A DNA stretch of 64,000 nt. Source: an uncultured Planctomycetota bacterium (GTDB lineage: Bacteria; Planctomycetota; Planctomycetia; Pirellulales; Lacipirellulaceae). This document shows, in pieces, positions 48,397 to 60,528 of this stretch. A program made the translations under genes and the position numbers. Under the pieces are notes generated by a model. That model ran no database searches and had not been told where the DNA came from. It worked only from the letters and a program-made list of their open reading frames with translations. The stretch lies in the NCBI GenBank assembly GCA_963719315.1, contig CAVRBU010000001.1:576001-640000 (forward strand), read 5' to 3'. Each line of letters opens with the position of its first letter. Within the stretch, counting starts at the first letter, position 1.

Positions 48397-50184
48397 CTAT
48401 TGGAGGCCTAATTCAAACGCGGCCATTTCCTCTCCGTTGCGGAGATACAGCCGGCCACTCGCAATCACGGGGCCGTTCCAGGTTCTGCCCTCAATCGCTT
48501 GGAACCGGCCAAGCTCCTTGTAGCCGTCGCGATCAACCGACACCAGGATGATCTCGCCCGTGTCCGACGAAATCAGCAGCTCGTCTTTGTCGGGTAACAG
48601 CAAGACCTGCCCGTGACCAAGGCGGCCCTTCTTCCACAGACTCTTGCCGGTCGCCACGTCGAGGCCACACAGCACGCCGTCGTTCAGGCCGTAGATGACA
48701 TTTTTGTGGATTACAAAGTCGTTGAACCCGGGCCGCAAGGCGTTCGACGTCCAGCGCTCGTTGATGCTCCACTTGTCGCCATCGTGCGTCACTTGCACGC
48801 GCACGAAGCCGGGCTCCATCGCAACGACAAGGTCGCCGTCTTCCGTCAGATGAGGCTGCAGCATCGGCATCGACATTTCTTTGACCGTCGGCTCCTGCCA
48901 CAACACGGTCCCGTCGGCGATTCTGATTCCCTGCAGCACCTTATTGTCGAGCATGATGATCTGCTTCTGGCCACCCAGAGTGACAACTTGCGGTGAACTG
49001 TACGTGTGCTTGCCGCCAGGGCACGACCATGCGAATTCGCCGTCTGCCACTCGATACGCCAAGACGCTTTTGTCCGCGGTCCCACCGGCCCACACCACCA
49101 CCAACCCATCTACCACAAGCGGCGAGATCGCGTAACCGAACGGCGGGAGTTCGTCCGTTTTGACTCCCGCGTCGGCCACTACGTCGTGCGACCAAATCAC
49201 CGAGCCATCGGCCGCCGACAAGCAATTCAAAATGCCAGTTGCCCCCAATGCGTAGATACGGCCGTCCGCAAATGTCGGCGTGCCGCGCGGGCCGACACCC
49301 GCCAAGTCTTCCTTGAATCGTGCCTTGTCCTCGTGAACCCAAAGCTCCTTGCCGGTCGCCGCGTCGTAGCAAACGACGGCTTCGTTCTCGCCTCGCTGCT
49401 CCTGAGTCACCAGGTGGCCGTCCACGACAATCATGCCGGCCCAACCGGGTCCGACCTTCTCGCGCCATATCAACTTGGGCGGCTGCTTCTCCCAATCGCC
49501 GCCAAGCGAAACGCCCGTTAATACTCCGTCACGCTGCGGACCGCGCAGCTCCAGCGAGTCGCCCGGCTGCGGCTTCCAAGCTGCGGTTGTTGTCTGCGAA
49601 GTAGCTTCTCTTGCGGTCGTGGCGCGGCTCTCCAGGTACAGTTGCTCTTTGGTCGGCTGCCACCGCCAACTTGTGTCGCCCGCCATGGAAGCCTCTAAAC
49701 CGTCGAACCGATGCAGGCCAATCCAGCCGAATGCAGCTAGCAGCACCACGCAGAATCCCACCCGCCGCACTTGCGGCGAGAGCCATCGGGCAACGATCAG
49801 CCAGATCACCCAGCCGGTCAGCACGAGCGGCAGCGCGCTCATGAAAATACCGAACGCCGAGAACGACTTGTCGGCCACGATCCAAGTCACGAGGCCGAAC
49901 AGCAGCATGGCCACAATCGCCCCGATCCGATCGCGCCACGATACGGCCCGCCGCGTCAGCCACCAGCCGAGAAAGGCGACCAGCGCAACGCCATACGCTG
50001 CCAGTTGATACATGAAATGCTCAAACATCGCCAACGTCGACGAGAGATTGGCGAAGAGGGCGGCCCAAAACAGCACCAAGATCACCACCGCCGGCCAAAC
50101 CCGCAGCTTGGCGGGCGCCGGCGCGCTATTATTTGATGGCATACCGAATTGCGCACTCGGATCGGACGCGATGCTTTGGCTCAT
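48397..50184 (-). CDS. Membrane protein with PQQ-like beta-propeller repeats
   Basis: About 5 N-terminal TM helices; DAATGKELW, GPRGTP, YSSP, TWNGPVIA repeats. Confidence 0.9.
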   Translation of the reverse strand: MSQSIASDPSAQFGMPSNNSAPAPAKLRVWPAVVILVLFWAALFANLSSTLAMFEHFMYQLAAYGVALVAFLGWWLTRRAVSWRDRIGAIVAMLLFGLVTWIVADKSFSAFGIFMSALPLVLTGWVIWLIVARWLSPQVRRVGFCVVLLAAFGWIGLHRFDGLEASMAGDTSWRWQPTKEQLYLESRATTAREATSQTTTAAWKPQPGDSLELRGPQRDGVLTGVSLGGDWEKQPPKLIWREKVGPGWAGMIVVDGHLVTQEQRGENEAVVCYDAATGKELWVHEDKARFKEDLAGVGPRGTPTFADGRIYALGATGILNCLSAADGSVIWSHDVVADAGVKTDELPPFGYAISPLVVDGLVVVWAGGTADKSVLAYRVADGEFAWSCPGGKHTYSSPQVVTLGGQKQIIMLDNKVLQGIRIADGTVLWQEPTVKEMSMPMLQPHLTEDGDLVVAMEPGFVRVQVTHDGDKWSINERWTSNALRPGFNDFVIHKNVIYGLNDGVLCGLDVATGKSLWKKGRLGHGQVLLLPDKDELLISSDTGEIILVSVDRDGYKELGRFQAIEGRTWNGPVIASGRLYLRNGEEMAAFELGLQ

Positions 50185-50270
50185 GGTGACCTCCTAGCGA
50201 TACATTCGCACAAACTACCGCAATCTTAGAACGGTTCGGCGGACCTTTCCAGCCAAGATGGGACAGCGAA

Positions 50271-51104
50271 CTATCCGGCTTTCCACGACGCCGCTTCTTC
50301 ACCGTCCAGGCGCAATGTGAGACATTTCGCGCTGCCGCCCGCTTTGACGAATTCGCCCAGCGGCGTGGCGACCGGCTGGTAGCCGCGCTCAGCAAGGGCA
50401 GCATGCAGATTGGTGCAGCCGGTGTTCGTGATCACCGTGCGCCCGATTACCACCGCGTTGCACGAAAAGCTCTCCGCTTCCGCGCTCTCGACCTCGATCA
50501 AATCCTTGACGTGCTCGCGAATCGCCCGCTGGCCGTATTCGTCAAACGCGGGCGGATACCAAATCGCTTCGCCGGCGGCGAGCGGGCAGAAACAGGTATC
50601 GAGGTGATAGTACCGTGGATCAACCAGCTCGACTGGAATCACGCGGACCGCCAGCATCCGGCCAATCTCCTGGTGTCCGGCCGCGTCGCTCCGCATGCGG
50701 TAGCCGGCGTACAGGGTGTCGCCGCAGAAGAGTGCATCGCCGGCTCCTTCAAAGCAGAAGCTTTCGGGGACCTCGACGATCTTGAAGCCGTTCTCAGAAA
50801 ACCAGCGGCGATTGTAGGGTTCTTCTCCTTGCCGTTGTCGATGTCGAAAGCGTGAGATCAGCGCTCGACGGTCATAAAGCATGGCCGCATTGGCGGTGAA
50901 TACTAAATCCGGTAGTCCTTCCACCGGCACCAACAATGAAACGCGCGCTCCGGCTGCAATGATGTTTTGATGCAGAGCGTGCCACTGGCCGACCGCTACC
51001 GCGTGCTCCGCCTGACGTGATTTATCCATCCACGGATTGATCTCATAGTGAATGCCGTAAAAATCCGGTGGGCACATCAGGATGTGGGGTTGGCGAGCAC
51101 TCAT
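50271..51104 (-). CDS. Amidinotransferase-superfamily enzyme (arginine dihydrolase-like, ArgZ/AgrE N-domain homolog)
   Basis: INPWM, PDLVFTAN, FEGAGD, YYHLDTCF, KAGGSAKCL. Confidence 0.88.
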   Translation of the reverse strand: MSARQPHILMCPPDFYGIHYEINPWMDKSRQAEHAVAVGQWHALHQNIIAAGARVSLLVPVEGLPDLVFTANAAMLYDRRALISRFRHRQRQGEEPYNRRWFSENGFKIVEVPESFCFEGAGDALFCGDTLYAGYRMRSDAAGHQEIGRMLAVRVIPVELVDPRYYHLDTCFCPLAAGEAIWYPPAFDEYGQRAIREHVKDLIEVESAEAESFSCNAVVIGRTVITNTGCTNLHAALAERGYQPVATPLGEFVKAGGSAKCLTLRLDGEEAASWKAG

Positions 51105-51118
51105 AGTGTCAGTGAAAA

Positions 51119-51189
51119 GACCAATGACCAAGCACCAATGACCAACTGATAGATGATATTGGTCATTGGGATTTGGTCACTGGTGCTTT
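51119..51189. repeat. 7-bp periodic inverted-repeat (hairpin) element
   Basis: GACCAAT GACCAAG CACCAAT GACCAA ... TTGGTCA TTGGGAT TTGGTCA CTGGTGC. Confidence 0.75.
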
Positions 51190-51193
51190 CCTT

Positions 51194-52501
51194 CTACATC
51201 TCCATCAGTTGCACTTCTTGCACGAGTGCTCGCAGGAACGGCTCGACATCGGTCACCAAGCCAAGCGTTTGGAAGCTGCCGCGGTCGCTGAGTTTGATTA
51301 CCGTTGAAGGATTGATGTCGACGCAGAAGACTTTCACCCAGGCCGGCAACAGATTACCGACGGCCACCGAATGGAGCATCGTGGCAATCATCAGGCAAAA
51401 TGTTACATCCCGAACTCCCTCGCGCATTTGGCGTTGGGCCTCGAGCACGTCGGTGACGACGTCGGGCAATGGGCCATCGTCGCGAATGCTGCCGGCAAGT
51501 AAGAAATCGACGTTGTTGCGCACGCATTCGTACATGATGCCCGATTGGAGCACGCCTTGCCGGACGGCATCTCGAATCGATCCGCACCGGCGAATTCGGT
51601 TGATTGCCCGCAGATGATGTTCGTGGCCGGCTTCGGCGATGCTGGCGTCCGCGAGGTGCACTCCGAGGCTCGTGCCGAAGAGAGCCTGTTCAATATCGTG
51701 AGTCGCCAGCGCGTTACCGGCAAACAGTTTGTGAATGTAGCCGCCGCGGATGAGCTGGCACAGCGCGGGACCGCTCCCGGTATGAACGATCGCCGGCCCG
51801 CCGACGACGAGTGTTTTGCCGCCGCTGCGACGAGTCTTCACTAGGTCTCGTGCGATCTCCTGAACGAGCGCGCCTTTGGGTTTTTCCGTCGAGACGCCGC
51901 TGGACATGAAATTGAAACCGCCGCGGACTTCGGTCCGCTCGACTGGAATCACGCGCACACCGGCATGGCCGGTGACGATGGACATACCGGTGCGGATCTC
52001 GGTCATGGGGATGCAGCGAGGAGCGAGCTGCACGGAGCGGGGGAAGACTGTCTCAGTTGTCTTTTCTGTTCTCCTCGCTTCCAGCTCTTCGCTCCTCGCA
52101 ACTTGCTCCACCACAATGCCGCAATCCATTTCTTGATCGGCTACCTCGACCCATTTGCCGTCGAGGCGGATTTCGGTGCGCTGGTTCGTCGTGCTGTAGA
52201 AGCCTTCGGGAAACGCGCCGTCCATATCGGCCGGCGTTTGTCGGCAGTCCTGGGTCGTCGTCGGCACTGCCCCGTGATCGGCGATTTGGGCCAGAATCTT
52301 CTGCATTCGCTCGGGTGTGGTGGAGCGAATTTCAATGACAGCGGAGCTGGGATCGTGGCGGGATTGGCCGATGACGATGTTGGTGATGCGGAATTTGCCG
52401 CCGCCCGAGGTGATTGTGTCAAGGACCTTCGGCAGGATAAGACTATCGATGATATGGCCGGAAATCTCGACTTCTTCAACGATGGGGTCGGGGGAGGACA
52501 T
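51194..52501 (-). CDS. TIGR00300 / LOR-SDH-domain protein (ornithine cyclodeaminase-like, ArgZ/AgrE C-region homolog)
   Basis: GHIIDSLIL, PEGFYSTTN, FMSSGVSTEK, AGNALATHDIE, LAGSIRDDGPLPD, TMLHSVAVGN, VDINP. Confidence 0.9.
   Translation of the reverse strand: MSSPDPIVEEVEISGHIIDSLILPKVLDTITSGGGKFRITNIVIGQSRHDPSSAVIEIRSTTPERMQKILAQIADHGAVPTTTQDCRQTPADMDGAFPEGFYSTTNQRTEIRLDGKWVEVADQEMDCGIVVEQVARSEELEARRTEKTTETVFPRSVQLAPRCIPMTEIRTGMSIVTGHAGVRVIPVERTEVRGGFNFMSSGVSTEKPKGALVQEIARDLVKTRRSGGKTLVVGGPAIVHTGSGPALCQLIRGGYIHKLFAGNALATHDIEQALFGTSLGVHLADASIAEAGHEHHLRAINRIRRCGSIRDAVRQGVLQSGIMYECVRNNVDFLLAGSIRDDGPLPDVVTDVLEAQRQMREGVRDVTFCLMIATMLHSVAVGNLLPAWVKVFCVDINPSTVIKLSDRGSFQTLGLVTDVEPFLRALVQEVQLMEM
52016..52099. 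repeat. In-frame palindromic insertion inside the TIGR00300 gene
   Basis: GCGAGGAGCGA (52016-52026) ... TCGCTCCTCGC (52089-52099), 84 bp with degenerate 7-mer arms. Confidence 0.65.
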
Positions 52502-52652
52502 GACATGTTCCGGGGGCGGTTGAAGTAACCGGCTTTGCGCAATGTGCGATAAGTCTTATACTTTGGGAGGTTTCTCCGAAATGACAAGGCCAGCCGCGAC
52601 TTACGCTGCGGAATGGCTTCTCAATAATACGGATTCAAACGAATCAAGATTT

Positions 52653-53996
52653 ATGGAAAAACAGGAACACACGTCCAAATGGGATGAGTTGGCGCGAGAA
52701 CTAGGCGCCGAAATTCCGCCGGAAATCGAGCAACGCGAGGCGACTGTTGCGGCATACAAGCCGCCGCTTAAGGAAACAGCTCAATCGCCGGCAGATTCGT
52801 CTGAAACCCTTCCGCCTCCACCAAAGAAGATCGCCGCGGATTGGGATAGTCTGGCAGGCGAATTGGGACTTCCTCCCGCGCCGGCAGAAGAGAAGTCTGC
52901 CAAGTCACGTACCGAGAATCTGACGGCAGTGCTTGAAGAGTCGCAGCATGAGGAACCCCGGCGAATAGAGACGCGGCGGCCAGAAGGGCGTCGACAGGAA
53001 AGTGGCCGGCATGAAGAACGAGAACAGGAACCGCCGCGAGAAACGACTCGGCACGAACCTCCTCGCCGCCAAGTTTCAGCGGGTCGCAGGCAGGAACGAC
53101 CACCGCGCGAAGATCGCGGCGAGCAGCGGAATCGCCGCGAGCGTTCAGGCAATCGCGGGAATGAAGGAGGTCAGCGTGGCGGCAATCGCCGGACGCCGCG
53201 CGACGTTGATTCCGAGAACGAAGCAGATCGGGAAATAAAGCCAGCGCCAGAAGTTAGTCGAGAGTCGCGTGCCGAGCAAAGACCAGAGTCGCCTGCACCG
53301 GTACGGGAGGAGCCTCCGAAGCCGGCGGCCGTGAGCTTGTGGCACAAGATCTTTGGTTCGCCTGCCGAGCAAACCGCGAAATTGACCGATGAGCCGAATG
53401 GCCCGGAGGTGTCGAATCCGATTGAAATGCGCGATGAACCGCGCGAAGCGGGCAGCGGATTTGTTGATCCTCATGCGGACGAAGCAGTGACTGAGGGCGA
53501 TCGATTGCCGGCATCGACGGAAGAGAGGGAATCATCGGATCGACCGCGCGGCCGTTCCCGGCGGCGTCGGGGACGAGGCCGCGGCCGTCGGTCCGAATCG
53601 GAACGAGAAGAGGGTCGTTCAAATGAAGGTCGCACCGGTGAGCCTCGTTCCGGCCCAAGTCGCGGTCGTCAGAGGCCACGCCCGACAGAACGCGACGAGA
53701 GAAAAGACAACGATCGTTTTGCTGAGGATGAACTCGACGACGATTTGGATTCCGACGATCCGCTCGCCGCATTGGCGAACGAGGCCGATGACAGTGAAGA
53801 CGGCGACGAAGTGCCAGTCGGCGCAATGCGCGGCCGATCGGCGCTGCAACGTGCAATTCCGACCTGGGACGAAGCTATCGGTTTCATCGTGGACTCAAAC
53901 ATGGAGAGCCGGTCGCAACGGCGTCCGCCCTCGCGCACCGGACCGCGAGATGGAGGCAGAGGACGTGGTGGTCGCGGCCGACGCAAGCCCCAGTGA
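52653..53996 (+). CDS. Intrinsically disordered R/E/P/D-rich protein
   Basis: Low complexity; short motifs KWDELARELG, DWDSLAGELG, SLWHKIFG, IPTWDEAIGFIV; RGRGR tracts. Confidence 0.8.
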   Translation: MEKQEHTSKWDELARELGAEIPPEIEQREATVAAYKPPLKETAQSPADSSETLPPPPKKIAADWDSLAGELGLPPAPAEEKSAKSRTENLTAVLEESQHEEPRRIETRRPEGRRQESGRHEEREQEPPRETTRHEPPRRQVSAGRRQERPPREDRGEQRNRRERSGNRGNEGGQRGGNRRTPRDVDSENEADREIKPAPEVSRESRAEQRPESPAPVREEPPKPAAVSLWHKIFGSPAEQTAKLTDEPNGPEVSNPIEMRDEPREAGSGFVDPHADEAVTEGDRLPASTEERESSDRPRGRSRRRRGRGRGRRSESEREEGRSNEGRTGEPRSGPSRGRQRPRPTERDERKDNDRFAEDELDDDLDSDDPLAALANEADDSEDGDEVPVGAMRGRSALQRAIPTWDEAIGFIVDSNMESRSQRRPPSRTGPRDGGRGRGGRGRRKPQ

Positions 53997-54810
53997 TTCT
54001 AGCTCGCAAGAACTTTCAAAAAGCGTAAATTGTGCGCTTGAATCGGTGGTGAATACCTTCCGGCGCGAAGTATTTGTCCAGTAATCCAGCAATGTTGCCG
54101 CGAATCGCCAGCCTGCCGATTATCGCTGTAACCATTTATGGGTTAAGGCGTTGCGTCGTTTTCGCCTGGGAGTGGCAAACGCCATAATTTGCCCTCTCGT
54201 CAAACTCTATGTTGCCGAGATTCAAATTTCAACCGATACTTAAGTAAGAAGAGGTGCGACTCGACCTTCGCACGAGTCGCGGCCAAGCGAGCGGTTTGGC
54301 CGACACACCACCACCTATTTCCGCTCTTTGCCAATCTCTAACTGTGTGCAATCTGGCACGCGTTGGAACCATATCCCACGTCTGGCCGGTTGTGCGCATC
54401 CGGGCCAAACTTCTTCTGGCGTGACGGCAAACATTCTGCTACGAACACGCACCGAGTGGTTGGCGCGGTGCGCATGGCATATGGTCTAGTGACGCGGTGC
54501 GCGCAGCCACATTGTCTGCGACAGCGAAACTACTTCGTTGCCTGCAGCCGAATCGATCGAGAATTACGGAACACAGACGGAATTGGCACAAGGGTCGCCC
54601 AACGATCACGAAGATAGATTTGGCGACGACGATCGCCCGCCGGATAGGACTTAGTAGGAAAGGAAGCCCCTCGTCACAACAACTTGGATAGCAGGTAGCG
54701 CATAAGTGGAGCCTGGCTCGTCGGAAGAAAGTCCGCCGCCCGGCGCCACGGAGTGCGATGCTACTGATCACGCGTCCGGCGCGGTCGAAGTCGCTCACAG
54801 GAGAAAGAAA

Positions 54811-56867
<2,057 letters not shown>

Positions 56868-56871
<4 letters not shown>

Positions 56872-56922
56872 GTCAGGCCTTAGCCTGACAACCACAGCAT
56901 GTCAGGCTAAAGCCTGACCTAC
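56868..56922. repeat. GTAG-type REP doublet
   Basis: GTAGGTCAGGCCTTAGCCTGAC ... GTCAGGCTAAAGCCTGACCTAC; overlaps the prkA TAG. Confidence 0.8.
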
Positions 56923-56926
56923 GCCC

Positions 56927-58039
56927 ATGATCATGAAAATCGAGCGCGATCAGCGCCGCTTCCGCCAAATCGTTCGCGGCAAGATCCGTCAAAACCTGCG
57001 CAAATACGTGACGCACGGCGAAATGATCGGCCGCAAGGGTCGCGATCTTGTCAGCATCCCGGTGCCGCAGCTCGATGTGCCTCATTTCCGCTTCGGCGAC
57101 AACGGAGCGGGCGGCGTGGGACAAGGCGAGGGCGAAGAAGGTCAGCCGATTGCGAAGGGCGGCGATCCGCAAAATGGCCAAGGTCCGGCCGGCAGCGACC
57201 CGGGCGGCGGGCACCTGCTCGAAGTCGATATTTCTCTGGAGGAGTTGGCCGAAATACTGGGCGAGGAGCTGGAATTGCCGCGGATCGAGCCGCGGGGTCA
57301 GGCTTCGATCGTCCAGGAGAAATCGAAATACAACAGCATCCGCCAAACGGGCCCCGAGTCGCTGCGGCATTTCAAGCGCACCTATTTGAAAGCGCTGCGC
57401 CGACAGATTTCAACCGGAGCTTACGAACCCGACGATCCGCGCGTCATTCCCATCAAGTCCGACAAGCAATACCGATCGTGGAATACGGTTGAACATCCCG
57501 AAGTCAACGCGGCAGTCATCTACATGATGGATGTTTCAGGTTCGATGACCGACGAGCAAAAAGAGATCGTACGGACCGAAGCGTTTTGGATCGATACCTG
57601 GCTTTCCAGCCAGTACAAGGGCATCGAAACGCGGTATATCATCCACGACGCGGTCGCCAAAGAGGTCGACGAAAACACATTCTATCACACGCGCGAAAGT
57701 GGCGGCACGCGGATCAGTTCGGCGTATAAGGCCTGCGCGAAGTTGATCGAAGAAGAATTCCCGGCGTCCGAGTGGAACCTGTACTGCTTCCAGTTTTCCG
57801 ACGGCGACAATTGGGGCGAAGACAACGAAGAAGCGTTCAAGATTTTGGGAGAGCAACTCTTGCCGATCGTCAACTTGTTCTGCTACGGGCAGGTCGAAAG
57901 CCCGTATGGGAGCGGTGAGTTTTTGGGCTACTTGCAGGGCCGCTTCGGCGAGCGGCACGAGTCGCTCGTCCTCTCCGAAATCGAGGACAAGGATGCTATC
58001 TACGAGTCGATCAAGATGTTTCTGGGCAAGGGACGCTAA
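56927..58039 (+). CDS. yeaH: DUF444 / YeaH-YhbH family vWA-like protein
   Basis: [43 protein letters not shown]; follows prkA. Confidence 0.93.
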   Translation: MIMKIERDQRRFRQIVRGKIRQNLRKYVTHGEMIGRKGRDLVSIPVPQLDVPHFRFGDNGAGGVGQGEGEEGQPIAKGGDPQNGQGPAGSDPGGGHLLEVDISLEELAEILGEELELPRIEPRGQASIVQEKSKYNSIRQTGPESLRHFKRTYLKALRRQISTGAYEPDDPRVIPIKSDKQYRSWNTVEHPEVNAAVIYMMDVSGSMTDEQKEIVRTEAFWIDTWLSSQYKGIETRYIIHDAVAKEVDENTFYHTRESGGTRISSAYKACAKLIEEEFPASEWNLYCFQFSDGDNWGEDNEEAFKILGEQLLPIVNLFCYGQVESPYGSGEFLGYLQGRFGERHESLVLSEIEDKDAIYESIKMFLGKGR

Positions 58040-58075
58040 AAGTTTGGGCAAATACAACGGCCAGAGGCACTACTA

Positions 58076-58267
58076 ATGACCACCATACATGAATCCTTGA
58101 AAACCTACCGAGTTCGCGTCGGGCATTGGGAAATAGACCTCAAAGCACACACGGCGGAAGAAGCAATTCAACTTGCGCAGCGCGCAATGGCATGCGAGTT
58201 GCCCCGGCTGTACGACGTGATTAGGAGCCTGACCTACAACCGCTTTCAAGTGGAGGACGCCGCATAG
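58076..58267 (+). CDS. Small hypothetical protein within the prkA operon
   Basis: 63-aa ORF with GAGG RBS filling the yeaH-spoVR gap. Confidence 0.65.
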   Translation: MTTIHESLKTYRVRVGHWEIDLKAHTAEEAIQLAQRAMACELPRLYDVIRSLTYNRFQVEDAA

Positions 58268-58273
58268 GAAGGA

Positions 58274-58347
58274 TAGTCGATAGTGGTCGGTTGTAAGTTG
58301 ACCAATCAGCGAACAACCAACAACTATCCACTGACAACGAACAACTA
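58274..58347. repeat. 7-bp periodic inverted-repeat (hairpin) element
   Basis: TAGTCGA TAGTGGT CGGTTGT AAGTTG ... CAACAAC TATCCAC TGACAAC GAACAAC TA. Confidence 0.6.
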
Positions 58348-58357
58348 GCAGAATTAA

Positions 58358-59908
58358 ATGGCCACCGTCGAAACTTCAAATTTGCCGCCGCATCTTGTGC
58401 CAATTCAACGCGAAATGGAGGACTACGCGCGCGGACACGGCCTCGATTTCTTTCCCACGATCTTCGAGTACATCGACGCCGACCGGCTCAACGCGATCGC
58501 GGCCAAAGGCGGCTTCCCCGTCCGCTATCCGCATTGGCGGTTTGGCATGGAATACGAAAAGCTCAGCAAGGGCTATCACCACGGATTGCAAAAAATCTAT
58601 GAAATGGTGATTAACAACGATCCCTGCTACGCCTACTTGATGACGAACAACGGCCTCGTGGACCAGAAGTTGGTGATGGCTCACGTCTACGGCCATTGCG
58701 ACTTTTTCAAGAACAACTTTTGGTTCAGCAAGACCAGCCGCAAGATGATGGATGAGATGGCCAACCATGGCAATCGCGTGCGGCGGCACATGGATGAAGT
58801 TGGCGTGGAAGAGGTCGAGGAGTTCATCGACGCCTGCCACAGTCTGGAGGATCAGATTGATATTCACTCGCCGTTCATTCGCCGCCGCGACGAAAAGAAC
58901 CGCTACGACTTCGACCGCGAAAAGGACAAAAAAGACGACGGCGACCTAGATGGACCGCCGCGGTTCCGGTCCAAGAACTACATGGATTCGTTCATCAACC
59001 CCCGCGACAAGTTGGCCGCGGCGGCCAAAGAGATGGAAGAAAAACGTCGTGAGCCCAAGCCGTTCCCCGAAAGACCGGAGCGCGACCTGTTGTTATTTCT
59101 GCTGGAGCAAGCGCCGCTCAACGCCTGGCAGACGGATGTGCTGTCGATCGTCCGCGACGAGGCTTACTACTTCGCCCCCCAGGCCCAGACCAAGATCATG
59201 AACGAGGGTTGGGCCAGTTTCTGGCATTCCACGATCATGACCCGTCAGGGGCTCACATCGGCCGAGGTCGTCAACTACTGCGACCATCACAGTGGCACGA
59301 TGGCCAGCTCGCAGATGCAACTCAACCCCTACAAGCTGGGCATCGAGCTGTTTCGAGACATCGAAGACCGCTGGAACCGCGGGGCTTTCGGCAAAGACTA
59401 CAATGAGTGCGACGACTACCGTACCCGCCGCGATTGGAACACCGACGCCGGCCTGGGCCGCGAGAAAATCTTCGAAGTCCGCCGGATCCACAACGATCTG
59501 ACGTTCATTGACGAGTTCCTGACACTCGATTTCGTTCGCGAACAGAAGCTTTTTAAATTTGGCTACAATTCCAGCACCGAGTATTATGAAATTGAGACGC
59601 GCGAGTTTCCCCGAGTGAAGAAGCAACTGCTGGCCAGCCTCACCAACTTGGGCCGGCCGCCGATTGCCGTTCGCGACGGAAACTACAAGAACCGAGGCGA
59701 ACTGTTCCTGGAGCACAACTACACCGGCGTGGAGCTGCAACTCGATTACGCCAAAGAGACGCTCCGCAATTTGCAAAAGTTGTGGAGCCGGCCCGTACAC
59801 TTGGAAACTGTGCTGGAGGACGCGCGCACGGTGATTTCATTCGACGGAACGGAACACGAAATCGAAAAGGGAGAACCGATCGAACTTGCGGAGGGGGCCC
59901 AACTATGA
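58358..59908 (+). CDS. spoVR: SpoVR/YcgB family protein
   Basis: GFPVRYPHWRFG, IYEMVINNDPCYAYL, AHVYGHCDFFKNN, TKIMNEGWASFWH, NPYKLG. Confidence 0.95.
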   Translation: MATVETSNLPPHLVPIQREMEDYARGHGLDFFPTIFEYIDADRLNAIAAKGGFPVRYPHWRFGMEYEKLSKGYHHGLQKIYEMVINNDPCYAYLMTNNGLVDQKLVMAHVYGHCDFFKNNFWFSKTSRKMMDEMANHGNRVRRHMDEVGVEEVEEFIDACHSLEDQIDIHSPFIRRRDEKNRYDFDREKDKKDDGDLDGPPRFRSKNYMDSFINPRDKLAAAAKEMEEKRREPKPFPERPERDLLLFLLEQAPLNAWQTDVLSIVRDEAYYFAPQAQTKIMNEGWASFWHSTIMTRQGLTSAEVVNYCDHHSGTMASSQMQLNPYKLGIELFRDIEDRWNRGAFGKDYNECDDYRTRRDWNTDAGLGREKIFEVRRIHNDLTFIDEFLTLDFVREQKLFKFGYNSSTEYYEIETREFPRVKKQLLASLTNLGRPPIAVRDGNYKNRGELFLEHNYTGVELQLDYAKETLRNLQKLWSRPVHLETVLEDARTVISFDGTEHEIEKGEPIELAEGAQL

Positions 59909-60378
59909 AAATGCACCAACAATTCGAGCAAGAGCTTGCGAACATCGGCAGCGGCGGCGCGGCCACGGTGGCCGTCGACGTTCAGCCACGCACGTTAACC
60001 TGCGACATCGTGGAGCGCAACGCGCTCGCCGTGTCGTTCAATCAGGTGCGGTTGACGACGGCGGAGCTCGCCTCCGCCGACGCAGCCCGTCTCGAGCGGA
60101 TCGGCAAAGCGCTCGCCGCAAAGCTCACGTATCTCATGGAGCCGATCAGCCCGATCGAAATCGACGCACAAGGCTGCGTCGTTCAACTCCGCAGTAGCCC
60201 GCCCCAACGCGACGACGACGGCCGCAGCTATTACGAGCTGACCGTCCGCCGCGGCGGCGAGATTGCACTCAGCCGCTATTACAAAGAAAACCGCGGCGCT
60301 CGTCGCCCGATCGCGGCCAACGTCACGCGCGAAGTGCTGCTGCGGCTGGTGGGGGATTTCAGTGCAGTGCTGGATTAA
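59905..60378 (+). CDS. Hypothetical protein translationally coupled to spoVR
   Basis: ATGA overlap; globular-looking KLTYLMEPISPIEID...VQLRSSPP...YYELTV. Confidence 0.75.
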   Translation: MKMHQQFEQELANIGSGGAATVAVDVQPRTLTCDIVERNALAVSFNQVRLTTAELASADAARLERIGKALAAKLTYLMEPISPIEIDAQGCVVQLRSSPPQRDDDGRSYYELTVRRGGEIALSRYYKENRGARRPIAANVTREVLLRLVGDFSAVLD

Positions 60379-60528
60379 TCGTGTCGCAATCTTAGTGATC
60401 AACTTGCCCCATAGCGCTCGCGAATCGTGTGGATGAGCCATTTGACCCTGGTGCCACTCTGTAACTACAGGCGAAATTAGGATAGGATTGCATGCCCTAC
60501 GACTTGAAAACCCTTTTCCGCTGTCTTC

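Noticed and set aside
58358..59908. spoVR as evidence of sporulation
   Set aside because: SpoVR/YcgB homologs are widespread in non-sporulating bacteria
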